Shown here piece after piece: positions 36,869-46,433 of a stretch of 64,000 bases of DNA. This DNA is from Myxococcota bacterium (GTDB lineage Bacteria; Myxococcota_A; UBA9160; UBA6930). A model generated the notes under the pieces. The model searched no databases. It was not told the DNA's origin and saw only the letters and a program-made list of their open reading frames with translations. Position numbers and translations under genes: made by a program. Position 1 is the stretch's first letter, and the number at the start of each line of letters is the position of its first letter. The stretch spans positions 4,478,234 through 4,542,233 of the forward strand of contig OZ245015.1 of assembly GCA_965223705.1 (NCBI GenBank), written 5' to 3'.

Positions 36869-38458
36869 ATGGAGCCGATCCCGCGAACCATCGAGGCGCT
36901 TCCGGATGGGCTGGTTGCGGCTCTCGATACGATCGGGAGCCCCGTCGAGCGCATCGAGACGCACATCTCCCACCTGGCCCTCACCGAAGGCCGTGTCTAC
37001 AAGCTCAGGAAAGCCGTCGCCTTCGATTTCGTGGATTTCGGTCGACGTGAGACACGGATGCGAGATTGCTGGAACGAAGTCCTTCTCAACCGCCGCTTGG
37101 CGCCGCGTGTCTACCTCGGAGTCGCTCCGTTCGAGCCGTACGAGAACGGCTTCCGCGTTGGAGAGATCGTCGACCCGGCGAGGATGCCCGTCGAAACAGC
37201 CGAGCGAGATTGTGAATGGGTCGTTGTGATGCGGCGTCTTCCGACGGGTCGGGACGCCGAATCGCTCTGGCACCGCGGCGATCTCGCGGAGGAACATGTC
37301 GACCGGCTCGCAGAGCACCTCGCGAGGTTCCACCGGGACTCGCGATCGGATCGTGGCTCGGGCGACCCCACAGATACCGTTCGCACCGTACTCCGATCGA
37401 TTCGCTCCCTCGAGGGCGCCGCTCGCTCGGACGCGAGTGCACGACTCGCCTGGTTGGTCCGGGAGTTCGAGATGCTCCACGGAAAGCTCTTTGCGGAGCG
37501 TCGCGCAGAAGGACGCTGGGTCGACGGCCACGGCGATCTGCGCCTCGAGCACGTGTGGTTCGATGATGCCAAAGAACCCGAAATCATCGACTGCGTCGAA
37601 TTCTCTGAAGATCTCCGCCTTGTCGACGCCGCGAACGAAGTTGCTTTCCTTTCGATGGATCTGCGCTTTCGCGGCGCCCATGCCCTCGCGGAACGCTTTC
37701 TTGCAAGCTACGCCGCCGCGGCCGACGACTTCGGGATCTATTCGGTCCTGCGCTACTACGAGGCCTACCGCGCGGCCGTGCGCGCCAAAGTGAGCGCGTT
37801 GCGTAACGAGGGCACACCCGAAGCGGAACGTCAGAGAGATCGCTATTTGGGCCTTGCGACACGCCTTCTCTCCGCACCCGGCCAAGGTCTGGTCATCGCG
37901 ACGACGGGGCACATCGGGTCCGGTAAGAGCAGCATCGCAGCGGAGCTCGCCCGCCGACTCCCCGCCGTCGTGATCCGTTCCGATGTCGTTCGCAAGCAGC
38001 TAGCGGGTGTCGAGCCGACGACCTCGCTTGCGACTTCATGGGGAGAGGGCAACTACAGCCTCGATCAGCGATCGAAGATCTACGACGCTCTTTTCGCTCG
38101 TGCGGAAGCCCCTCTGAATTCCGGACGTCACGTGATCCTCGACGCGTCCTTTGGTCGCCGCTCATGGCGCGACGCGCTCGCCGCCTGGGCCGCGTCTCAC
38201 CGCTTCACGGCCTGGATCGTCCACGCGGAGTGTCCACCTTCGGTGGTGCGGCAGCGACTCATCTTGCGAAGTCGCGAAGGGCGCTCGGCATCCGACGCGG
38301 GCCCTGAGCTCCTCGACCCGAGCCGTGCGGCGTACGAGGCGCCCACCGAGTGGCGCTCCGACCGACTCCGGTCCGTCGACACGGGCCGATCCGACTGGCG
38401 CGGGGCAGGGGTCGCGTCGCTCGCCGCCGATCTACTCGCCGCGCGCCTGTGCTCCTGA
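36869..38458 (+). CDS. Aminoglycoside phosphotransferase-like / AAA kinase fusion (Rv2004c-like)
   Basis: IETHIS, YKLRKAV, NRRLAP, DGHGDLRLEH, IIDCVEF, GHIGSGKS, VILDASF. Confidence 0.9.
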   Translation: MEPIPRTIEALPDGLVAALDTIGSPVERIETHISHLALTEGRVYKLRKAVAFDFVDFGRRETRMRDCWNEVLLNRRLAPRVYLGVAPFEPYENGFRVGEIVDPARMPVETAERDCEWVVVMRRLPTGRDAESLWHRGDLAEEHVDRLAEHLARFHRDSRSDRGSGDPTDTVRTVLRSIRSLEGAARSDASARLAWLVREFEMLHGKLFAERRAEGRWVDGHGDLRLEHVWFDDAKEPEIIDCVEFSEDLRLVDAANEVAFLSMDLRFRGAHALAERFLASYAAAADDFGIYSVLRYYEAYRAAVRAKVSALRNEGTPEAERQRDRYLGLATRLLSAPGQGLVIATTGHIGSGKSSIAAELARRLPAVVIRSDVVRKQLAGVEPTTSLATSWGEGNYSLDQRSKIYDALFARAEAPLNSGRHVILDASFGRRSWRDALAAWAASHRFTAWIVHAECPPSVVRQRLILRSREGRSASDAGPELLDPSRAAYEAPTEWRSDRLRSVDTGRSDWRGAGVASLAADLLAARLCS

Positions 38459-38932
38459 TCCGAAGTGGTCCTCGATGACCGACATAAGGTCCAACGCCGA
38501 CACGACGCCGCACAATCGGCCGTTGTGCTCGACCCAGACGCGATGCACTTTGCTTTCGCGCAAGCGCTTCGCGACTTCTGCGACCGGCGCGTCCCGTTCC
38601 ACCGTGAGCACTTGCTTGGTCATCACCTCGGAGACTTTCCGTTCCGAGAGGCGGTCCTGGAAATCGACGAGTTCTCCGGGCCAATCCGGCGCCGAGAACT
38701 CGAGCAGGTCGCGGAAGTAGTTGTTCGCGGCGAGCGCCGTCCCGTGTTCGTCGTCCTGCGCCCGCATCAGGTCCATCGTCGTGATGACGCCTTCGATCCG
38801 ACCCTCCTCCGAGATGACGGGCGCTCCGTGAATTCCTTCCTCGACGAATAGACGAAGTGCGTCTAGGAGAGAAATCTCGGGACTTACAGACACGATCGAT
38901 GCCGTCATCACATGACGGGCGGTGACTTCCAT
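38432..38932 (-). CDS. CBS domain protein
   Basis: ARHVMT..IHGAPV..GVITTMDL; VSEVMT..VHRVWV..GVVSALDL. Confidence 0.92.
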   Translation of the reverse strand: MEVTARHVMTASIVSVSPEISLLDALRLFVEEGIHGAPVISEEGRIEGVITTMDLMRAQDDEHGTALAANNYFRDLLEFSAPDWPGELVDFQDRLSERKVSEVMTKQVLTVERDAPVAEVAKRLRESKVHRVWVEHNGRLCGVVSALDLMSVIEDHFGSGAQARGE

Positions 38933-38957
38933 GCGTCGTCCTCCTCCGAAAACTGGC

Positions 38958-38973
38958 TGCACATCACGTGCCA
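38958..38973 (-). promoter_or_regulatory. Sigma-54 promoter
   Basis: TGGCAC-GTGAT-GTGCA upstream of 38932. Confidence 0.7.
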
Positions 38974-39000
38974 GCCTCGGAGCCGTGACTCCGGCGAAAC

Positions 39001-39038
39001 CGAGGCGACTCGCCTCAGGGTTGCGACTTCTTTTCACA
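39001..39038. promoter_or_regulatory. Tandem 17-bp palindromic boxes
   Basis: CGAGGC-GACTC-GCCTCA and TGCGAC-TTCTT-TTCACA. Confidence 0.55.
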
Positions 39039-39062
39039 CCCCGAACCGTGCCGAAACGAAGC

Positions 39063-39078
39063 TGGCATCGATTTTGAA
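39063..39078 (+). promoter_or_regulatory. Sigma-54 promoter (GA variant at -12)
   Basis: TGGCAT-CGATT-TTGAA upstream of 39126. Confidence 0.55.
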
Positions 39079-39125
39079 TCCAGCTCTTCTGCGTTTCGAG
39101 TTTGCGTAAAAGGGAGTGCACCAGA

Positions 39126-39821
39126 ATGGACGAGAAGAATTTCGAGCTGGATCTCGACACGGCGGGTTCGCAACCGGTCGCACGCGTCATGATGGTCGAA
39201 GCATCGGGCTTCACGCGAAGCGGCGTACCCACCGTGACCGTCGATTGCGAGAAGCCGCGGGACTTCGCGCGCGAGATCGATCGCTTGAAGAGCGAGCTTG
39301 ACGCGATCGCGGATCGAGCGGTAGCTGCTCTCGGCGAGGCGAATGCCGCGCGTTCGACATCGACCCCGCGAGCCCCGGAGCCCGCCGAAGAGAAGCCCCG
39401 AATCGACTCAGAGCTCACCGTATCGCAAGTGATGACTCGAGATGTCCGCACGGTGGAGCGGAACGACGTGATCGCCGTGGCGGACGAACTGATGCGCGTC
39501 GGGAGCTTTCGACATGTCGTCGTTCTCAACGAAGATCGCAGCGTGGCCGGCGTCGTGAGCCACCGAGACATCGTCTACGGCGCGCTCGCCTGGACCCTTG
39601 GACAGGGGCGGGACGCACATGACAAAGCACTCCGCGCCTATCCGGTAAAGAACGTCATGGCGGCGAATGTCGTAACGGTCGATTCCGATACACCGCTTCG
39701 CGAAGCGGGGAACCTGATGCTCGAGAAGAAGCTCGGGTGCTTGCCCGTAGTCGACGGAGGCGAGCTTGTCGGCATCCTCACCGAGGGTGACTTTTTGTAT
39801 CTACTCGCGGGGCGGGAGTAG
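39126..39821 (+). CDS. CBS domain protein with N-terminal extension
   Basis: VSQVMTRDV..FRHVVV; VKNVMA..LGCLPVV..GILTEGD. Confidence 0.9.
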   Translation: MDEKNFELDLDTAGSQPVARVMMVEASGFTRSGVPTVTVDCEKPRDFAREIDRLKSELDAIADRAVAALGEANAARSTSTPRAPEPAEEKPRIDSELTVSQVMTRDVRTVERNDVIAVADELMRVGSFRHVVVLNEDRSVAGVVSHRDIVYGALAWTLGQGRDAHDKALRAYPVKNVMAANVVTVDSDTPLREAGNLMLEKKLGCLPVVDGGELVGILTEGDFLYLLAGRE

Positions 39822-40970
39822 TTGCCGGAGCTCCCGGAGACGGCGCCTCTCTCTCTCCGGCAGCGCGACTTCGGCGTGAGCCCCGAAGCCCGCGGTGACG
39901 AGTTCTTCGAGCCGCCAGTAAGCGTTCCAACCGACCCGTTCGTTTCCGGGCGATCGAACAGCCGCCTCGAGGTAACTCTCGGTCTGGCCCGACCAGAAGG
40001 ACTGCGTCAGGCGGTCTTCGAGTCTGGCGAGGAGAAAATAGGCCTCGGAGAGTTGCGCGCGCAGGGTTTCGCTCTCCCTCGCAGCGTCGATCATTCTCAA
40101 CAAGATGCCTGAAGCCATGAGATCGTAGACGAGCCCCTCGCGCGAATCCTGAAACAGCGTGACGCTCGCGCCCCGCGCGGATAGCTGCCTCGCAGCTTCG
40201 AGCGTTTGCTCCGGAGGTGCGGCTTCGAGCGCCTTGAGAGCCTCGATCCAGATCGACAAGCGATTCCGCAGGTAGGACGGGACATCGTCCCGCGCACGGA
40301 ATTGTTCGAGCGCCCCGCGAGCCCGCGCGGGGTTCTGACGGACGCGGAGCGCAACCCGCAAGTACTCGAAGGGTTGGCCCGCCAGATCGAGTTCGACCGG
40401 AGAAGATCGCGGGTTCTGAAAGATTCCCTCCCAGGTTTGTAGCGATTTGTCGAAGCTACGACTCACGACCTGGAGACGCGCCTGCTCCATCTCCGAGAGT
40501 TTCTCGACCTGGAGTTCCCCGACCAGGCGTGCGGCGAAAGGAAAATCCGCCCCCGACGGGAAGCGCGTATGACAATCGATGCAGTTCTGCACAAGCATAT
40601 ACACGAAGGCCCGCGCATCTTCGTAGTTCCGCTCGCGAAAGAAGCGCGCCGCTTGCTCGGAATCTTCGAGCAACAGCTCGCTGAGCTCTTGAAATCCTCC
40701 GTCCCGCCGTTGCCCGTGCGATTCGATCTTGGCAGCGGCGGAGGAGAGCACGCGGAACTGCTTCTCGATCTCCTCGCGGTGCTGAGGGTCGGAGAAGCGC
40801 TTCTCGTCGAGACTCACGGGGAAGAGCTGGCTCAGCGCGGAGAAAGCCTCTCGCATGGCCGTGTTCGGCTCGGCCGACTCCGCCCCCGCCGGCGACGCGC
40901 ACCATTGGAGCGCGAGCGCGACCGCCCACACCAGATACACGAAACGGACCGGGGCCGTTGTTGTTCTCAC
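39801..40970 (-). CDS. Secreted monoheme cytochrome c, helical (paralog 1)
   Basis: Signal peptide; QNCIDCHTR; similar to 46434 and 49339 ORFs. Confidence 0.78.
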   Translation of the reverse strand: MRTTTAPVRFVYLVWAVALALQWCASPAGAESAEPNTAMREAFSALSQLFPVSLDEKRFSDPQHREEIEKQFRVLSSAAAKIESHGQRRDGGFQELSELLLEDSEQAARFFRERNYEDARAFVYMLVQNCIDCHTRFPSGADFPFAARLVGELQVEKLSEMEQARLQVVSRSFDKSLQTWEGIFQNPRSSPVELDLAGQPFEYLRVALRVRQNPARARGALEQFRARDDVPSYLRNRLSIWIEALKALEAAPPEQTLEAARQLSARGASVTLFQDSREGLVYDLMASGILLRMIDAARESETLRAQLSEAYFLLARLEDRLTQSFWSGQTESYLEAAVRSPGNERVGWNAYWRLEELVTAGFGAHAEVALPERERRRLRELRQLLPPRE

Positions 40971-41467
40971 GGGACGCTCTCCTTGCTCGTGACAAGAGGG
41001 TCGTTGTTCCCGACCCGGGTCGGATCCATCGGTTCAAGTCGCGCAGCGCTCCAACCCTTCGGGATCTCCCACGGATACGCTCGCGTCGGCAGGACTACCG
41101 TGCCGTATCGGTTCGGTTCCGCTTCGAGCAGGTACCAACCGAAAGCGACCAGTAGCCCGTCCTCGAAGATCGCCGGGATGAGCGTCTCGCGTCCTTCTGC
41201 GCCGGGCGGGTAGCGAACGAACACGATGCGTACGTAGCCGCCGTAGGGAGCTCTGCCGCACATCCAACCGGCGAGGTCGACGAGACGCGGGCCACCCCCC
41301 GCGATGGAAGCCTCGAGGAGGATGCTCTGCATCGCGGGGTTGTACGCAGAGCACGCCATCTCAACGAGACGGCTCTCCGAGACCGTGCGATGGCGGGCCG
41401 GCGTCGAACACGCCAGGTACATCGTCACCGCGGACCCGAGAAACACGATTGCGGCAGTGCGCCACAA
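40967..41467 (-). CDS. Putative lipoprotein (DUF3192-like C-terminal motif)
   Basis: Hydrophobic N-terminus with YLAC lipobox; PAIFEDGLLVAFGW; start uncertain. Confidence 0.5.
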   Translation of the reverse strand: MWRTAAIVFLGSAVTMYLACSTPARHRTVSESRLVEMACSAYNPAMQSILLEASIAGGGPRLVDLAGWMCGRAPYGGYVRIVFVRYPPGAEGRETLIPAIFEDGLLVAFGWYLLEAEPNRYGTVVLPTRAYPWEIPKGWSAARLEPMDPTRVGNNDPLVTSKESVP

Positions 41468-41483
41468 GATGGGGCGTTTCGGC

Positions 41484-41747
41484 TCAGTGCAGGCTTTTGC
41501 GAATGTGGCGATAGCCGTCGCGGATTTCTTCGAGGAGTAGTTTCGTGGCTTCCCGAACATCCTCCCCCTCCTCGGCCGCGACACGCCCCACCTCCGCAGC
41601 ACCGCGCTCGAAGGCGTGCCATTTGTTTTCCAGCGTGTCGAAAAGGTCCCGAAGCTCGGCTCCGCCGAGATGAATCTGGAGTTTCAGCTCATCTCGCATA
41701 TTGCGTAGCTTCAGCAATTCACCTTCGAACAGTCGGTCTGCACTCAC
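41484..41747 (-). CDS. Small coiled-coil hypothetical protein
   Basis: GGAGG RBS; RDELKLQIHLGGAE..W..EEIRDGY. Confidence 0.7.
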   Translation of the reverse strand: MSADRLFEGELLKLRNMRDELKLQIHLGGAELRDLFDTLENKWHAFERGAAEVGRVAAEEGEDVREATKLLLEEIRDGYRHIRKSLH

Positions 41748-41780
41748 GCGAGTTCCTCCCGGTTGTGTGTTCGTGAGTGG

Positions 41781-41796
41781 TGCAGATTGCGTGCCG
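41781..41796 (-). promoter_or_regulatory. Sigma-54 promoter
   Basis: CGGCAC-GCAAT-CTGCA upstream of 41747. Confidence 0.7.
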
Positions 41797-41816
41797 AAGT
41801 CGATTAGACTCCGGAC

Positions 41817-42818
41817 ATGATCGACCATCGCCTGCTGAGCGGACTCGCCATGCTGGTGACCCTCACCGTCGCTGGCACCGCCGGGTTCATGTTCATCGAG
41901 GGGATGGGGCTGCTCGACGCGCTCTACATGACGGTCATCACGCTGTCGACCGTCGGTTATCGAGAAGTCGGCCCCCTGACGGACGCCGGTCGCTGGTTCA
42001 CGATCGGACTGATCGTGCTGGGGATCGGAGGCGTGTTCTACACGGCCGGAGCGCTCGCGGGGTTCGTGATAGAAGGTCGCTTGAATGACGTACTCGGGAG
42101 GCGTGGAATGCAGCGCGCGATCGATCGGCTCGAAAATCACGTGATTGTCTGTGGCCTCGGTCGCTTGGGGCGCGCGGTCTGCGATCGACTCGACGCTTCG
42201 ACGGTCGTCGTCGTCGACACGGACCCCGGGCGCCAATCAGAATGCGATGATGCCGGCTATCTCTTCCTGTGCGGTTCCGCACTCGAGGAGAGCGTACTAT
42301 CGGCCGCGGGGATCGAGCGCGCGCGGGCTCTGGTCGCGGCCACGCCGAGCGATTCGGACAACGTGTTCATCGCGTTGTCCGCGCGAGAACTCAATCCACA
42401 AGCCAAGATCCACGCGAGCGCGGAAACTTCCGTCGGAGTGAGGCGCCTCGGCTTGCTGGGCGCGACACAGGTTATTTCTCCGCATCATCTCGCTGGAGAG
42501 AGAATTGCGAACGCCCTGGTGCGACCCGGCGTCGTCGAGTTCCTGGAGCTATCCGACGCCGGTCGGGGAGCGGCCGTCGACCTCGAGGAAGTCGTCGTCT
42601 CCGCCTCGAGTCAGATCGAGGGCGTGTCGCTCGGTGCGCTGCGAGAGCGCGGACTTCACGTTTCCGTGATCGGGCTCAAACGCGGCGACCAACCGATCGA
42701 ACTCCACCCACCGCTCGATGCCGTCCTTTCCACCGACGATCACATCGTGGCGGTGGGTGACCGCTCGAATCTCGTTCGCCTCGCTGAATTGGCGAGTGGC
42801 GACGAACCCGCGGCGTAA
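41817..42818 (+). CDS. Potassium channel protein (pore + RCK/TrkA domains)
   Basis: ALYMTVITLSTVGY, HVIVCGLGRLG, TrkA-C end. Confidence 0.92.
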   Translation: MIDHRLLSGLAMLVTLTVAGTAGFMFIEGMGLLDALYMTVITLSTVGYREVGPLTDAGRWFTIGLIVLGIGGVFYTAGALAGFVIEGRLNDVLGRRGMQRAIDRLENHVIVCGLGRLGRAVCDRLDASTVVVVDTDPGRQSECDDAGYLFLCGSALEESVLSAAGIERARALVAATPSDSDNVFIALSARELNPQAKIHASAETSVGVRRLGLLGATQVISPHHLAGERIANALVRPGVVEFLELSDAGRGAAVDLEEVVVSASSQIEGVSLGALRERGLHVSVIGLKRGDQPIELHPPLDAVLSTDDHIVAVGDRSNLVRLAELASGDEPAA

Positions 42819-42829
42819 GGGACGATCTC

Positions 42830-43975
42830 CTAGGCGGCATCCCGCATGTCGAGCGGCTTGGTTTCGATCTCTCGAAGCGCGGGTAGCACTTCTTTCGCGA
42901 ACAAGCGCATGCTCTTTTCCGCGGCCTCGATCGGCATCGAGCCGTACTTGAAGATGAAGGTCACTTCTTCGGCGCCGAACTCATGCGCGAGCTCCGTCGC
43001 GCGTGCGATCGTCTTCTCCGGCGTGCCCCAGGGATGTTCGTTGTAGAACCCGCGCAAGAACGGCGAAGGATCGTTCGCCAACATTTTTTGCACCTCGCCA
43101 TAGGACTCGTAGCCCTTGATGTGACCGAGGTGATCCCCGCGCAGCTCGTAGTGCCGGAGCGCGGAGTCCGCGTACTCGACCATGTAACGCTCGGCGTTCT
43201 CCTGCGCCTCCGACTCCGTCTCGGCGACGTAAGTCCAGACGGCGAGCTTGTTCCGAATCGGCTCGAAGCCCGCGGCTTGATGGAGCTTCGCGTACTTTTT
43301 GGCGGTTTCTAACGAGAGTCCGAGGCTCTGGGTCGGAATGACCAACGGATGAACGTTTTGCCGAGCGATGATCTCGACCGTCTCGTCCGTACCGCCGGCG
43401 CACCAGAGGTTCGAGCTCAAATCGTGGCTCGGCTGGGGGCGAATCCGAAGGCCTTGGATGTCGTAATGCTCGCCTTTGAAATCGCAACAACCGGTCGCGA
43501 GCAACTGCTGCAGGACCTGAATCGATTCGTCAAAGCGCGCTCGCGCTTCGGCCTGGTCGATGCCCAAGCCCTCGTACTCACGGCGCCCCAGCCCGCGGCC
43601 CACTCCGCAGATGATTTCGCGATCCGGCCCCAGAAACGTGTCGAGCATGCTGACGTCTTCGGCGACGCGCACGGGGTTGTGCCACGGCAGCACGACGACC
43701 ATGGTCGCGAGATCGATCCGCTCCGTGATCCCTGCGATGTAGCTCAAGTACTGGAGGGGATTGGTGACCATGGTGTAGGGCGTGAAGTGGTGCTCGATCG
43801 TCCACAGGGTGTCGAATCCTGTCTGGTCCGCGATTCGCGCGATATTGATCTCTTCGAGGAAGACTTCCTGATCGGACTTCTCGGGATGCCTGGCAACGGA
43901 TTCGCCGCGCTCTTCGGCCTCGTATCGATCCCAATCGGAATAGTTCTGGTTGAACAACGTGGCACCTATTCGCAT
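42830..43975 (-). CDS. LLM-class flavin-dependent oxidoreductase
   Basis: GFDTLWTIEHHF, PWHNPVRVAED, GVGRG, SMRLFAKEVLP. Confidence 0.92.
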   Translation of the reverse strand: MRIGATLFNQNYSDWDRYEAEERGESVARHPEKSDQEVFLEEINIARIADQTGFDTLWTIEHHFTPYTMVTNPLQYLSYIAGITERIDLATMVVVLPWHNPVRVAEDVSMLDTFLGPDREIICGVGRGLGRREYEGLGIDQAEARARFDESIQVLQQLLATGCCDFKGEHYDIQGLRIRPQPSHDLSSNLWCAGGTDETVEIIARQNVHPLVIPTQSLGLSLETAKKYAKLHQAAGFEPIRNKLAVWTYVAETESEAQENAERYMVEYADSALRHYELRGDHLGHIKGYESYGEVQKMLANDPSPFLRGFYNEHPWGTPEKTIARATELAHEFGAEEVTFIFKYGSMPIEAAEKSMRLFAKEVLPALREIETKPLDMRDAA

Positions 43976-44130
43976 GGCTATACACTCCTCGAGAAGTTGA
44001 TCGCGGACCAGCGCCGCTTCGAAAACCCATCCTAAACGCGCGGCGGGCGGGTGTCTATGACCCCCGTCATACCTCGTCCGATCGCTCTGCCGATACCTTG
44101 ACGCGACCTTCGCCAAAGAGGTCGAAAAAG

Positions 44131-44250
44131 ATGGCACGAGCCTACACGCCCGAGCAACTTGCGGCGCGCGTATTCTGGGTTTCAATGGGGTTCATCGGAG
44201 CCGTGATGTTGGCGATTGGTGCGATCCTCTTGACTGGAGTTGACCCGTAA
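44131..44250 (+). CDS. 39-aa single-pass membrane peptide (absent from ORF track)
   Basis: MARAYTPEQLAARVFWVSMGFIGAVMLAIGAILLTGVDP; AGAGG RBS; TAATG coupling to next gene. Confidence 0.62.
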   Translation: MARAYTPEQLAARVFWVSMGFIGAVMLAIGAILLTGVDP

Positions 44251-44465
44251 TGACCGAAGGTGCGCTCGTGCAAGGGCTGTTTGAATCGCTCGTCGAGGAG
44301 GCCTCGCGGGAGGGGATTCCCGACGATGTCCTCGGGCGGCTTCTCATCGATCAAGTCGTCCGCCTCTGGAGCCGCAAAAGAAGCTTCGACGACATTCGCT
44401 CGGAGCTGCTGTTTGTCGCCGAAAATGTCGATCCCGATACCGATCACGAGTTCATGCGACCCTAA
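44250..44465 (+). CDS. Small hypothetical protein
   Basis: 71 aa ending ENVDPDTDHEFMRP; translationally coupled. Confidence 0.7.
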   Translation: MTEGALVQGLFESLVEEASREGIPDDVLGRLLIDQVVRLWSRKRSFDDIRSELLFVAENVDPDTDHEFMRP

Positions 44466-45124
44466 CCTTCGGGAAGCCCTTCCGCGATCGCGGCGAGTTT
44501 CGGGGCGTCGATGATATGAATCGCACCTACCTGTCCCCGCACCAAGCCCTCTCTCTCGAACCGGCGCATGATGCGAATCGTGGTCTCCACGGTCGTTCCG
44601 CTGTCCTCGGCCAAGATGCGGCGCGTGACCCGAGCGGCGTCGCCGTCCGCCGCCCGCAACAACGCACGGGCGAGGCGTGCGGGGACGCCGTCGTGTGCGA
44701 AAGAGTGGAGCCGCTCGTGCGCGTCGCGCAACCGGTCTGCGATGATCTGGACCATTTCCTGAGCGAGAACGGGTTGGTCCTCGATCAAGCGCTCAATTTC
44801 GGTTTTCTCGAGGCGCCAAACCCGCCCCTCGCTGATTCCTTCTGCATGGGCGGCGTAGGACTCATCGACAGCGACCGACCAGAGTCCGAACATTTGCCCC
44901 GGCCCCAACGTCTCGAGCGTCGTCACTTGACCCTTCGCGTTGATCTCAAACAGCCGAACACTGCCGCGCTCGATGGCCCAGAAGTGCGAAGCGGGCTCCC
45001 CCTTCGAGAACAGGCGTCGCTTGGGGTAGAAGAGCCGGCTCTGCGCTCGCTCGCGAGCCCATCGCCTACCCTTGGCCGAGAGCGAACGGATAAACTCGGC
45101 GTCTTCAAAAGCGGCGACGCTCAT
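44462..45124 (-). CDS. Crp/Fnr-family regulator
   Basis: LFSKGEP, GPGQMFG, RLARALL, GTTVETTIR HTH; no FNR cysteines. Confidence 0.9.
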   Translation of the reverse strand: MSVAAFEDAEFIRSLSAKGRRWARERAQSRLFYPKRRLFSKGEPASHFWAIERGSVRLFEINAKGQVTTLETLGPGQMFGLWSVAVDESYAAHAEGISEGRVWRLEKTEIERLIEDQPVLAQEMVQIIADRLRDAHERLHSFAHDGVPARLARALLRAADGDAARVTRRILAEDSGTTVETTIRIMRRFEREGLVRGQVGAIHIIDAPKLAAIAEGLPEG

Positions 45125-45156
45125 CGGCGCGCCGCCACAGGTACACGGCCGAAATC

Positions 45157-45582
45157 ATGAGCGAACAAGAATCTTTCGAATCGCGCGTCGTCGAGGAACA
45201 CCGCCAGCTCGGACCGCTGTTCGCCGGAGTCGCCGAGGCCTTGGAGAGCGGGACTTCTCAATCGGTTCGCGAGGCGATCGGGCACCTTCGCTCTGTTTTG
45301 GAAGCCCATTTGGCACAAGAAGACCAGATCTACTACCCCGCGCTCAGTCGCCTCTATCCGTGGACCGGTGCTTCTCTGGCCCGATTCAGTGAGTTTCATC
45401 GCCGCTTTCTCGACGAGTTCGAAGCATGGCAGAGAACGGTTGAAAATGAAGCCTCGACGAGCGCATCGGAGGAGTTTCGCAGCTTCCGCGAGAACTTCGC
45501 GCGCCATGAAGTTCACGAGGAAGAGTTCCTGCGACAGGTCACGTCAGCAGCGGGCGGGAGCCATAAGGCGCCGTTCCTGTGA
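45157..45582 (+). CDS. Hemerythrin-like (HHE) domain protein
   Basis: EEH, HLAQEDQIYYP, FH, HEVHEE. Confidence 0.8.
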   Translation: MSEQESFESRVVEEHRQLGPLFAGVAEALESGTSQSVREAIGHLRSVLEAHLAQEDQIYYPALSRLYPWTGASLARFSEFHRRFLDEFEAWQRTVENEASTSASEEFRSFRENFARHEVHEEEFLRQVTSAAGGSHKAPFL

Positions 45583-45614
45583 CATTTCGCCTCGAATCGT
45601 GTCGCTGAGCCACA
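45578..45614. promoter_or_regulatory. Tandem 17-bp palindromic boxes between convergent genes
   Basis: TGTGAC-ATTTC-GCCTCG and CGTGTC-GCTGA-GCCACA. Confidence 0.5.
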
Positions 45615-45615
45615 A

Positions 45616-46422
45616 CTACTTCGGCGAAGGACTGGCGTCGGATGACACCCGTTTGGTCAAAACGGGGCACGGAGCCCGACGCAGCACGGTTTCGGCGACG
45701 CTCCCGAGCACGGCACGGCGAAGACCGCTCCGGCCGTGGGTCCCAGCGGCAATCAGGTCGACGCCGTGTTTCTCGGCTACCGACAAAATGAACTCTGCTG
45801 GTGGTTTGCGTGCGATTTCCACTTCGACGTCAATGCCGGACTCCGTCGCGTTCGCGACCCACTGGCGCGGGTCGAACGGCGCCGCGTCGGGGATCCTCGC
45901 CTCGTCCGTCGCGTACGCGACGATCAGCCTTCGCGTTCCGAGCTTGGGGCTCAGGCGAACCACTTCGCCGAGGGCTGCGTAAGCCGGGGGAGATCCGTCC
46001 GCCGCCACGAGAATGGTTTCTATCTTCCCGGGGATCGCGGCCGTCAAGTTCACCGATACCACCGGTCCTCGAGCCCCGCGTAATGCCCGCTCGGTGAAAC
46101 TCCCCCGCACCGTGCGCGCGATCCCGCTACGTCCACTCGTCCCCATCACGAGCATTCGGACATCGGCGCTTGCCGCTTCGTCGAGGATCCTCGTGTTCGG
46201 CATGAACTCTGCCATCGAGAAGTTGCACTCCAGATCTTCGTTTCGAACGGAGTCCACAATGCGCTGGAGGGACTCCCTCGCTTTCGTCCATGACTCGTCT
46301 TGTGCATCGATTACGTGAAAAAGACGAATCGGGAGATCCAGCGCGCGCGCGAACACGCAACCGACGCGAACCGCGCGATCGGATTCCTCGGAGAAGTCTG
46401 TCGTGATGAGGATCGCTTGCAT
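45616..46422 (-). CDS. Universal stress protein (tandem domains)
   Basis: ILITTDFS, GTSGRSG..GSFTE, GTHGRSG..LGSVAE..APCPVL. Confidence 0.92.
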   Translation of the reverse strand: MQAILITTDFSEESDRAVRVGCVFARALDLPIRLFHVIDAQDESWTKARESLQRIVDSVRNEDLECNFSMAEFMPNTRILDEAASADVRMLVMGTSGRSGIARTVRGSFTERALRGARGPVVSVNLTAAIPGKIETILVAADGSPPAYAALGEVVRLSPKLGTRRLIVAYATDEARIPDAAPFDPRQWVANATESGIDVEVEIARKPPAEFILSVAEKHGVDLIAAGTHGRSGLRRAVLGSVAETVLRRAPCPVLTKRVSSDASPSPK

Positions 46423-46433
46423 GGCGTTCTCCC

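Noticed and set aside
41940..41972. Non-canonical K+ channel filter TVGYRE
   Set aside because: Such variants are common in RCK-containing prokaryotic channels; not distinctive
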